Source of the DNA: an uncultured Planctomycetota bacterium
GTDB taxonomy: Bacteria > Planctomycetota > Planctomycetia > Isosphaerales > Isosphaeraceae
Assembly (NCBI GenBank): GCA_963737655.1
Contig: CAVTTN010000002.1
Coordinates: forward strand, 3,904,001-3,968,000
Direction of reading: 5' to 3'
DNA: 64,000 nucleotides
Shown here: one piece after another, positions 30,507-38,749 of the stretch
How positions within the stretch are numbered: the stretch's first letter is position 1
How the letters are laid out: every line of letters starts with the position of its first letter
Position numbers and translations under genes: made by a program
The notes under the pieces: model-generated
Told to the model about the DNA's origin: nothing
Seen by the model: the letters and a program-made list of their open reading frames with translations, nothing else
The model's database searches: none

Positions 30507-31411
30507 GGACCCGAGGCTTGCTGGCGGCCGTGGGCATGGTCCTGGGACTGGCCGGTTGCGGCGGGGCCGAGGCGCCGAAGGCGGCGAAACCGGCCGAGTA
30601 TCCGGTCTCGGGCGTGGTCCGCTCGGTCGATCCGCCGAAGGGCCGGGTGACGATCCGTCACCAGGCGATCGCGGGTTACATGCCCGTCATGACCATGCCG
30701 TTCGACGTGCCCGATCGGGACATCTTGACGTCGATCCGCGAGGGGGACCGGGTCACGGCGACCTTGAGGGTCTCGGGGAAGGAATCGTGGCTGACGGACC
30801 TCAAGAAGGTCGGGGACGCGGAGGATTCCGAGGCGATCGAGAAGCCCGAAACGCTCGTCCTGGACGGTTCCGGACGGCCGGTCACGTCTTCGGCGGCCCC
30901 GAAGCGGCTCGCCGTGGGCGAGCCCGTGCCGGACTTCGCGATGACCGATCAGGACGGCCGCCCCCTGAAGCTCTCGGAGCTTCGCGGCAAGGTCGTGGCG
31001 ATGACGTTCATCTTCACCCGGTGCCCCCGGCCCGACTTCTGCCCGAGGATGGATGAACGGTTCGCCGAACTCGCGAAGCAGATCGCCGTCGATCCGAGGC
31101 GGGCGGACGAGGTCCGGCTGCTCTCGGTGAGCTTCGACCCCGAGCACGACTCGCCGGAGGTCCTGGCCAGGCACGCCGCGCTGAAGGGGGCGAAGCCCCC
31201 GCTCTGGCGGTTCGCCGTGGCCTCCCACCCGGAGCTCGCCAAGGTGCTGGTCCCCCTGGGCCTGATCTACGGGCCGAGGCAGGACGAGATCATCCACAAC
31301 CTTGTGACATTGGTGATCGATCGCGACGGGACGCTGGTCCGGCTGGAAGGCGGGTCGTCGTGGACGCCCGAATCCCTGTTCGGGACGATCCGCGACCGGC
31401 TCCGGCGATGA
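30503..31411 (+). CDS. Lipoprotein with a CusF-like copper-binding domain fused to a SCO1/SenC domain
   Basis: Lipobox LAGC, H...MPVMTMPF, FIFTRCPRPDFC, SFDPEHD and IIHNL. Confidence 0.85.
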   Translation: MRTRGLLAAVGMVLGLAGCGGAEAPKAAKPAEYPVSGVVRSVDPPKGRVTIRHQAIAGYMPVMTMPFDVPDRDILTSIREGDRVTATLRVSGKESWLTDLKKVGDAEDSEAIEKPETLVLDGSGRPVTSSAAPKRLAVGEPVPDFAMTDQDGRPLKLSELRGKVVAMTFIFTRCPRPDFCPRMDERFAELAKQIAVDPRRADEVRLLSVSFDPEHDSPEVLARHAALKGAKPPLWRFAVASHPELAKVLVPLGLIYGPRQDEIIHNLVTLVIDRDGTLVRLEGGSSWTPESLFGTIRDRLRR

Positions 31412-31603
31412 CAATCGGTCGGGGGAGTGACACTGGGCCGTCGGGCCGAGGCGGGCGCCGAGGGTTCATGCATGCATGTCAACGATCGTCCACATCGGTA
31501 CGGGTTGGGGGGAATGGGGGGCTGAGATATGGGCAATTGCTCTCATCGGGGCGCGTGGTCACGGGAAAAGATCGGGGTAAATTCAGAGGATGAGAAAAAG
31601 ATG

Positions 31604-31631
31604 TTGTCAACCGCTGTGATTGTGCTAGATT
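31604..31631 (+). promoter_or_regulatory. sigma70-type promoter upstream of the ArsR gene
   Basis: TTGTCA-N16-TAGATT with an extended TG, after an A-rich segment. Confidence 0.5.
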
Positions 31632-31810
31632 ATCGCGCGTCCGGTCTCGGGGGCCTCACGAACGCATGGCGGCCTCGCGGCAACGCGGGGTCGCCCGGAG
31701 GGGACCGCGAAGGTCTTCGACCGCCCGAGTGACCGACGAGGGCCCCGAGGGGCCGGATTCCGGCGACGGCTGCCGGGGCCCGCCGCTTCTCGGGTGAGAG
31801 GAGAATTGGG

Positions 31811-32167
31811 ATGGCGACGACCAAGACGAGCACCCTGAAGACGACGACCCCCAAGGCGGCCGCGAAGCCCAAGCCAGGGAAGGAATCCGAGCAGAGGCTC
31901 CTGCTGGCCAAGAGGGCGTCGATCCTCCTGAAGCACGTGAGCGACCCGACCCGACTCCAGGTCATCGTGATCCTGGCCGAGGGGGAGCGACACGTCGGCG
32001 CTCTTTGCGAACAGCTCAGCCAGAGCCAGCCGGCGGTGAGCCACCACCTGGCCCTGCTCCGACACGGCGGGATCATCACCCCCCGCCGCGCCGGCAAGAA
32101 CAACTTCTACAGCCTCACCGAGGTCGGCGCCGAGCTGGCCAAGGTCGTCCAGGGGCTGATCGCCTGA
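31811..32167 (+). CDS. ArsR/SmtB family transcriptional regulator
   Basis: SDPTRLQVI, SQPAVSHHLALLR and RRAGKNNFYSL; GAGGAG SD. Confidence 0.9.
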   Translation: MATTKTSTLKTTTPKAAAKPKPGKESEQRLLLAKRASILLKHVSDPTRLQVIVILAEGERHVGALCEQLSQSQPAVSHHLALLRHGGIITPRRAGKNNFYSLTEVGAELAKVVQGLIA

Positions 32168-32215
32168 CCGGCGGCCTGCCTCGTCCCCGCGTCGAACCCC
32201 CGAACCCTACGCCTC

Positions 32216-32280
32216 CCGGTCGAATCCGCGATCCCGGACCCCTCCTTCGACGGGGGGGATGGGATCGCGGATTCGACCGG
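32216..32280. terminator. 20-bp perfect inverted repeat between convergent genes
   Basis: CCGGTCGAATCCGCGATCCC and GGGATCGCGGATTCGACCGG. Confidence 0.6.
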
Positions 32281-32306
32281 CCTTTGTCCGTTTCGGCCCG
32301 CCTCGC

Positions 32307-33895
32307 TCAAGGCAGGAGCCGCCGGCCCACCGCCGTGTTCACGTCGAGCATCGCCCGGCGGTGTCGGATCAACGTATCGAGATACTGACGGACCACCGCC
32401 ACGTATTCGCTCCGGGCCGTGAGGAAGACGATGAGGTTCTCCTCCCCCTGCTTGGACCTCTGGCGGGCGACTTCCAGGATGCGCTCCGACTTGGGGCGGA
32501 TTCGCGTGTCGAATCGTTCGATCGCCCTCCGGCTGACGACGTACTCGTGCTGCGCCTGCTGGACGTCGGTGATGATCTGCCGGAGCTGCGCCGAGAGTTG
32601 TACGTTCGTCTGGGTGACGTTGAGCCGGGCCCTCTGGATGTTCCCCTGATTGCGGTTGTACAGCGGCAAGGGGATCGTCGCACCCAGGGCCCAGGAGGTC
32701 GGGCTCTTCAGCCCGTTGGGCGTATTGTCCTGGAACGTGTAGGGCTGGTAGAGGATGTACACGTCCTGGAAGCGGTTCGCCAGCTGGAGCTTGACGTCGG
32801 CCTCGGCGCGGGCGACTCCCAGGCGATACGAGACCAGGTCCGGCCGGTTCTCCATGGCGATCTGGAGGAGGAGATCCTCGCTCGGGGGGTCGACGACGGG
32901 GTCTCGGAGCCTCCTCGGAGGTCGATCCCCGGGGCCTGGTCCGGCGGGATGTTCAGCAGGTTCGCCAGGTTCCTCTTGGCCTTGAGCAGGGCCTCGTTGG
33001 CGTCCTCCCGGCCCTGCTCGGCCGTGAGGAGCTGCACCTCCACCCGGTTCATCTCCACGTCGGTCTTGAGGCCCTGCTTGACCTGGTCGGCGATCGGCTT
33101 GAGGATCGCCTCCAGCCCCTCGACGCTCGCCTCGGCGTAGCGGAGGTAGGCGCGGGCCGCCAGGACGTCGATGTAGACCGTGTAGAGGTTGTCGATCTGG
33201 ACGCGGACGGCGTCGCGGTACTGCTCCTCCAGGACCCTCTTGGCCGCCGTGGCCGAGCGGACCCTCGCGGCCCTCTTGCGCGAGACGTCCAGAGGATACG
33301 AGATGTTCACGTCGTACTGGGTCTGGCCGCCCGGGCGCTGGCGGGTGTAGGCGCCGTAGGGGATCAACTGGCTGTCGGCATAGAAGACCGGGTTGGCCCG
33401 GAGGCCCGCCGTGATGACGTCGGCCTCGGCCTGGGGGATCTCGAACGACTGGCCGCGAAGATACAGGTTCTCGCGGACGAGCCGTTCGATCGCGGAGTCC
33501 AGGGTCATCCCGCCCTCGGGCCCCTCGTCGTCGATGATCGAGGGGAAGTCCAGTGAGCCGTAGACCGGGATCTCCGCCGCGGCGAGAGGGGCCGGCGTCG
33601 CGATGATGCCCCGGCCGGCGGCCCCCATGTTGGTGGGGCCGGGCGTGCTGATGGACGTGGGGGCGCGGGACGTGGACGCCCCGGGCCGCCCTCCGAGCGG
33701 GTTGTCTCCCGACCCCGGGACGTTGCTGAAGCCGCCGGCCCCGGCCCCCGGCGACGGGCCCAGCGTGGAGTTACTCCCGCCCGGAGAGCCGGCCGGCGTG
33801 GCGTCGGGAAGGGTCGGACCCTGCCCCATCGCGGCCGATGACCCCAGCCCCGCCAGCATTGCCAGGCCGAACGACCATCGCACCAGTCGAGACAT
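32307..33895 (-). CDS. TolC/CzcC-family outer membrane efflux protein; apparent frameshift at about 32912
   Basis: Signal peptide, TLDSAIERL, AGLRANP, ENRPDL and IPLPLYNRNQGNI; one added base joins the two ORFs. Confidence 0.85.
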
Positions 33896-34225
33896 GGCTT
33901 CCTCCTGGGCCAACCGTCCGGGACGCGATCGCGGGCGATCCTCCCGAGGGCGGACGGTCCTCCGTCGGCCCCTGCTGCCCCTGGATATCGGGGGACGGGA
34001 CCGGAATTCCTCACCCGCGAACTCCCCAGGGTTACCCAATCTCCCGGAATTTCGGCGCGACCCCTGCAATCGGACGGCCTGGAACATTCCCGCCGCCTCG
34101 GGCCGAGGGCCTTGAGCTTCGCGGGGCGAGATGGTCCGATGGTCCGGGAAAAAAAAATGCGTATGAACGGCGAGGCGACGGGCACTAAGGTTCAAACAGC
34201 CTCACCGGAGGACGGAGCGGACTTC

Positions 34226-35551
34226 ATGGCGATCGGGCGGATCGGCCTGGCGGCCCGGCATTTGGGCGTTCTGTTCGACTCGGGGCGGCTCGGGGCCCTG
34301 TCCGACGGCGACCTCCTCCAACGGTTCCTCGACCGTCGAGACGGCGGCGAGGCGGCGTTCGAGACGCTGGTCGGCCGCCACGGGTCGATGGTCCTGGCCG
34401 TCTGCCGGCAGGTGCTCGGGCCGATCGACGAGGCCGAGGATGCGTTTCAGGCCACGTTCCTGGTCCTGGTCCGGCGGGCGGGCACGATCCGCAAGGCGGA
34501 GTCGCTCGGCCCGTGGCTCCACGGGGTCGCCCGGCGGGTCTCGCTCCGGGCCCGGAGGGACGCGGCCCGACGGTCCCGGCGCGAGCGATCGGCCGCGTTC
34601 CGGGTCGTCGGCGGCCCGGCCGAGGATCGATCCTTCGAGACCACGCTTCATGACGAGATCGCGCGTTTACCCGAAAAATACCGGACCCCGATCGTCCTGT
34701 GCGACCTGGAAGGCCGGAGCCACGCCGAGGCCGCCCGCCAGCTCGACTGGCCGATCGGCACGGTCAGCGGACGGCTCTCTCGGGCCCGGACCCTGCTCAG
34801 GGGACGGCTCGCCCGCCGGGGGGTGGCGCCGGGGATCGGGGTCGGCGCCCTGGCGATCGGCCGATCGGCGAGGGCCGACGCGGACCGGGCCCTGATTTCG
34901 AGGACTCTCGCCCTGGTCTCGGGCAAGACTTCCGTCGGCGCGTCGGTGGCCGGGATGGCGGACGCGGCGATCCGAGGGCCGATGTTGCGGCTGGCCCGCT
35001 CGATCGTCTCGGCCCTGTCGATCGGCTCGCTCGCGGCGTCTCTGGGGGGCCTGCCCCATCACGCGAGCTCCTCAAGCCCGACTTGCCGGGACTCGGGACC
35101 CGTCGTTGTCCGGGAGGATTCCGCGCTCCGGGCACCGCTCTCCGGCAAACGCCGCCGCCTGGCCGATGAGACGGAGATCCTCGCCCTGGCGTTCGCTCCC
35201 GACGGCCGGACCCTGGCCTCGGGTTCGGGCGACGCGACGGTGACGTTGTGGGACGTGGCCTCGGGGTTGGAGAAGGCGACGCTTCGCGGGCATCAGGCGC
35301 CGGTCTCCTCGCTGAGCTTCAGCCGGGACGGCCGACGACTGGCCTCGACGAGCGAGGACCGGACCGTCAAGGTCTGGGACGTCGGCACGCTCCGCGAGGA
35401 ATTCTCCGTGACCTGGCTCGATCCCCGGCCCGAGCCGGCCCACGACCTCGGGCCCGAGTCCCCCGACTCGGTCCCGTGCGGCCCCGGGCGGGACCGTTGC
35501 GCCGACGGTCCCGCCCGAGAGGCCGCCTCGCTCCCCGATCACCGGGCGTAA
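34226..35551 (+). CDS. ECF sigma factor with a C-terminal extension containing about two WD40 repeats
   Basis: AEDAFQATFLVL, WLHGVARR, RLPEKYRTPIVLCDLEG...GTVSGRLSRAR, then LAFAPDG...LWD and GH...VWD. Confidence 0.88.
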   Translation: MAIGRIGLAARHLGVLFDSGRLGALSDGDLLQRFLDRRDGGEAAFETLVGRHGSMVLAVCRQVLGPIDEAEDAFQATFLVLVRRAGTIRKAESLGPWLHGVARRVSLRARRDAARRSRRERSAAFRVVGGPAEDRSFETTLHDEIARLPEKYRTPIVLCDLEGRSHAEAARQLDWPIGTVSGRLSRARTLLRGRLARRGVAPGIGVGALAIGRSARADADRALISRTLALVSGKTSVGASVAGMADAAIRGPMLRLARSIVSALSIGSLAASLGGLPHHASSSSPTCRDSGPVVVREDSALRAPLSGKRRRLADETEILALAFAPDGRTLASGSGDATVTLWDVASGLEKATLRGHQAPVSSLSFSRDGRRLASTSEDRTVKVWDVGTLREEFSVTWLDPRPEPAHDLGPESPDSVPCGPGRDRCADGPAREAASLPDHRA

Positions 35552-35554
35552 GGC

Positions 35555-35596
35555 GTAGGGTGCATGAAATGCACCGTGATGTAGGGTGCATGAAAT
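35555..35596 (+). repeat. GTAG REP tandem doublet; second copy interrupted by the IS
   Basis: GTAGGGTGCATGAAATGCACC-GTGAT-GTAGGGTGCATGAAAT|IS. Confidence 0.9.
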
Positions 35597-37073
35597 CAGC
35601 CCTTTGGAGGCATTACTTTGTACACGCTTGACGAGCTTTTAGGATCTTCGCGGTAGCGACATGTTTGATCTTCGCCCCGCTCTGTTTCTTGGGCTTCGGC
35701 TTCTTCGGGCCGCGCGGGTGCTTGCGCAGCTTCGGCAAGGAAACCGATCGCGCCAGGCCCACCAGGACCTCGGCCAATTCCTCGGCGGGCAGGTCGTGAA
35801 ACACCACCCATTCGTCTTCGGGAATCGCGATCATCATCCCCCGGTGGGTCATCCGGATCTCGTCGGCCACGTAGTAGCCCGAGACCTCATCGGCCACCAC
35901 CTCCTCGCCGTGCACCGAACGCAACGCCCCCTTGACCGTGCTCAGCACGTTGTACGCGACCAGGGCCACGCAGAACGCGAACAACGCCGCCTTGGGATAG
36001 CCCAGGGTGTTGACCTCGCTGTCGAGCGACGCTTCCAACTCCTGGAACGCGGTCTCGATCGTCCAGCGACGACGGTAGAGATCGGCGATCACCTTGGCCC
36101 GGGCGTCCTGGGCCGGCACGTTGGTCAGGATGTGCAGCTCGGCCTCTCCGTCCCGCGTGGGCTGATCCAGCAGCACGGTGATCCGGCGCAGGATCAGGAT
36201 CTCGTCGGCCTCGTCGGTGGCCCGGATGGCCTGCTCGAAGACCCGGCCGGTCTCGATCCGGCCGCAGGCCCGCCGCTTGCCGACGAACGCCCAGTGCAAG
36301 GTCGAGGCGTGCTGTCGGATCGCGAAGGAGCCGCCGCGCCCCGCGATCCCGAACAGGAAGTCGGTCGTGCAGAAGTTGCGGTCGGCGATCCAGGGGTCCT
36401 TCGCCGCGACCTTCGCCAGGACCTGATCGAGCAACGACCGCTCCTGCGCATGACCGTCTTCACAGGGGACGACATCGGTGGCCAACATCAGGCGGGGGTC
36501 GAGCACGACCAGCGAGTGACCGGGCAAGGCGGCGGCCCGCATGGCCCGCAGCTCCTTGATCCTGTGCTCGGAGCCGGGGAGGTGATTGCCGTCGAGGATC
36601 CGGGCGCGATAGCCGGGCAGCCAGTCGGGCCGGGCGCCTCCCATCGCCTCGATGACCGGGGCCAACCGCGCGGCCACCGTGTGGACCAGCGCGGCGGAGA
36701 CGGCGGTCTCGGTGCCGTCGAGCTTGTCGTAGACGGCGTCGATGGTCGCCCCGACGGTCTCGGCTCGGGCCTGGAAGGCGGCGTGGATCGAGGGCCGGAT
36801 GCGGCAGACCACGACGCTCATGAGGTCGACGACCGTGGAGAAGAGGAGCTTGTGGGTGAACTGCTTGCGGGCGACCTCCTCGAAGAGTTGGTCGAGGGCC
36901 TGGGGGTCCATGGCGTTGGCCATGACACCCTGAGCCATGACCGACAGAGGAGAATCCCGGGAGAACCGCTCGAAGACATCGCTGAGGATCATCGCCGCCG
37001 CCTCCGCGGAGAATCGGTAACTCCGTATCTGGTGGCAGCTTAACAAACTCATGCCGACGACTCCAAAGGGCTG
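35597..37073 (-). mobile_element. IS4-family insertion sequence, 1477 bp
   Basis: Perfect 13-bp TIRs CAGCCCTTTGGAG (35597-35609) and CTCCAAAGGGCTG (37061-37073). The 12-bp direct repeat GGTGCATGAAAT lies at 35585-35596 and 37074-37085. Confidence 0.92.
35613..36992 (-). CDS. IS4-family DDE transposase
   Basis: ILDGN, IADRNF, ILTN and LYRRRWTIETAF (YxxRxxxE motif). Confidence 0.9.
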   Translation of the reverse strand: MILSDVFERFSRDSPLSVMAQGVMANAMDPQALDQLFEEVARKQFTHKLLFSTVVDLMSVVVCRIRPSIHAAFQARAETVGATIDAVYDKLDGTETAVSAALVHTVAARLAPVIEAMGGARPDWLPGYRARILDGNHLPGSEHRIKELRAMRAAALPGHSLVVLDPRLMLATDVVPCEDGHAQERSLLDQVLAKVAAKDPWIADRNFCTTDFLFGIAGRGGSFAIRQHASTLHWAFVGKRRACGRIETGRVFEQAIRATDEADEILILRRITVLLDQPTRDGEAELHILTNVPAQDARAKVIADLYRRRWTIETAFQELEASLDSEVNTLGYPKAALFAFCVALVAYNVLSTVKGALRSVHGEEVVADEVSGYYVADEIRMTHRGMMIAIPEDEWVVFHDLPAEELAEVLVGLARSVSLPKLRKHPRGPKKPKPKKQSGAKIKHVATAKILKARQACTK

Positions 37074-37207
37074 GGTGCATGAAATGCACCAACATGCGGC
37101 GGCCGAAGGCCGCCATCCGCCTCTTCCTCTTCTTCAACGAAGCGGAGCCAGGAGAGATGGATGGCGGCCTTCGGCCGCCGCATGTTGGTGCATTTCATGC
37201 ACCCTAC
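37074..37207. repeat. Remainder of the REPIN (about 45-bp inverted arms ending in REPs)
   Basis: GGTGCATGAAATGCACCAACATGCGGCGGCCGAAGGCCGCCATCC and its exact reverse complement (37159-37203), followed by CTAC. Confidence 0.9.
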
Positions 37208-38550
37208 TTCAATCCCGGGGCCGCCCGGAAATTGGTGATCGGCTTGCCGTCGGCGGCGTTCCAGAGTCGGACCTCGCCGTCCCAGCAGCCGGAGACGATC
37301 GCGTTGCCGTCCCTGGAGATCGCGAACGTGTAGACCCAATCGTTGTGTCCATTCAAGACAAGTTTCTGCGCGTTTGCCTCGAAAATCCTCAGGGTCTTGT
37401 CGGCGGAACATGCGATCAACCGCTTGCCGTCGGGCGAGTACTGGAGACGGAAGACCGGGCCGCCGAACCCGCCGATCACGCCGGTCTGCTTGCCGTCCTC
37501 GTCGGGGTTCCAGATGCGGATCACGTTGTCGCCGCCCCCGGTGGCCACCTGCTTGCCGTCGGGCGTGAAGCTCACGGTGAACACGGCCTCCGTGTGGCCG
37601 GGGAAGGTGACGAGCGACTCCTTCTTCTCGATGTCGAAGACCTTGGCGGTCTTGTCGCGAGAGGCCGAGGCGAGCCTCTTGCCGTCGGGGCTGAAGGCCA
37701 CGTCCATCACCCAATCGGCGTGGTCCTCGATCGTGGTGACGAGCTTGCCGGACTCGACCTCCCAGACGCGGATCGCCCGGTCGGCCCCGGCGGCGGCCAC
37801 GAGGCGGCTATCGGGGCTGAACGCGACGGCCAGGACGCTGTCGGGCGTCTCGACCAGGTCGCGGACCGGCTTGCCTCCGCCGTCGGGCTCGGCCAGCCAG
37901 AGCTTGGCGGAACCCGATTGCCCCGGATCGCCACCGGCCGTGGCCAGCCACTTGCCATCGGGGCTGTACACGATCTCATAAATGCGTTCGTTCAAGCCTC
38001 GGACCCGCCGCACCAGCCCGCCATTGGCCGCGTTCCAGAGGTTGATTTCATGAAAACCTCCGGCGGCGATCGTCGTATTGTCGGGGCTGAACGCCACGGA
38101 CGTGATCGGCACGGGCAGGGGATAGCTGTCGGGCACCGGCACCACGCGATTCTTGTGGTAGAGCGCGACCCAATCTTCCTTCGGGTCGGCGCCGTCGTAC
38201 TTCGCCCCCTCGGTCACCCATCGCTCGATCAGCGCGACCTGATCCTTCGGCAAGGGGTCTTGCTTGTACGGCATCCTCGGCTGGGCGTCGGCATGAAGCA
38301 GCTCGACGAACCGGCTCTCGTCGGGCTTGCCGGGTTCCAGGGTGATGTCTTCGCCCTGCTGGCCGCCCTTGGCCAGCAAGGCGAACGTGGTCATGTTGTA
38401 CTTGCTCTCGCTCTTCCGCGAGTTGTGGCAGGCGATGCAGTTGCGGACCAAAATCGGCGCCACGTCCTTCAGGAAGCTCGCCGGGGGCGCCGGATCGGCG
38501 GCCAGGGCCGGAGACGTCATCACCGCGAACAGCGCGACCAGGCGAGACAT
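37204..38550 (-). CDS. Planctomycete cytochrome c domain plus WD40-repeat protein
   Basis: CIACH, RMP, WVTEGA and about 7 WD40 repeats. Confidence 0.88.
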   Translation of the reverse strand: MSRLVALFAVMTSPALAADPAPPASFLKDVAPILVRNCIACHNSRKSESKYNMTTFALLAKGGQQGEDITLEPGKPDESRFVELLHADAQPRMPYKQDPLPKDQVALIERWVTEGAKYDGADPKEDWVALYHKNRVVPVPDSYPLPVPITSVAFSPDNTTIAAGGFHEINLWNAANGGLVRRVRGLNERIYEIVYSPDGKWLATAGGDPGQSGSAKLWLAEPDGGGKPVRDLVETPDSVLAVAFSPDSRLVAAAGADRAIRVWEVESGKLVTTIEDHADWVMDVAFSPDGKRLASASRDKTAKVFDIEKKESLVTFPGHTEAVFTVSFTPDGKQVATGGGDNVIRIWNPDEDGKQTGVIGGFGGPVFRLQYSPDGKRLIACSADKTLRIFEANAQKLVLNGHNDWVYTFAISRDGNAIVSGCWDGEVRLWNAADGKPITNFRAAPGLK

Positions 38551-38644
38551 CGGCGGAGACTCCGTGGGGTGTCCTAAGAGATTAGTCGATCGCGGTGCTG
38601 TCCGCCAGCCGGTCGCGGTTGGATTCGTCCGGGATTCAGGACGA

Positions 38645-38741
38645 GGGGGAACCGAAACGCAGATTACGCAGATTACGCAGATGAAAACAATCAAGTGAAT
38701 TTCATCTGCGTAATCTGCGTAATCTGCGTTTCGGTTCCCCC
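38645..38741. repeat. 42-bp perfect inverted repeat built from 9-mer (ACGCAGATT) units
   Basis: GGGGGAACCGAAACGCAGATTACGCAGATTACGCAGATGAAA, a 13-nt loop, then the reverse complement. Confidence 0.92.
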
Positions 38742-38749
38742 ACATCCCC

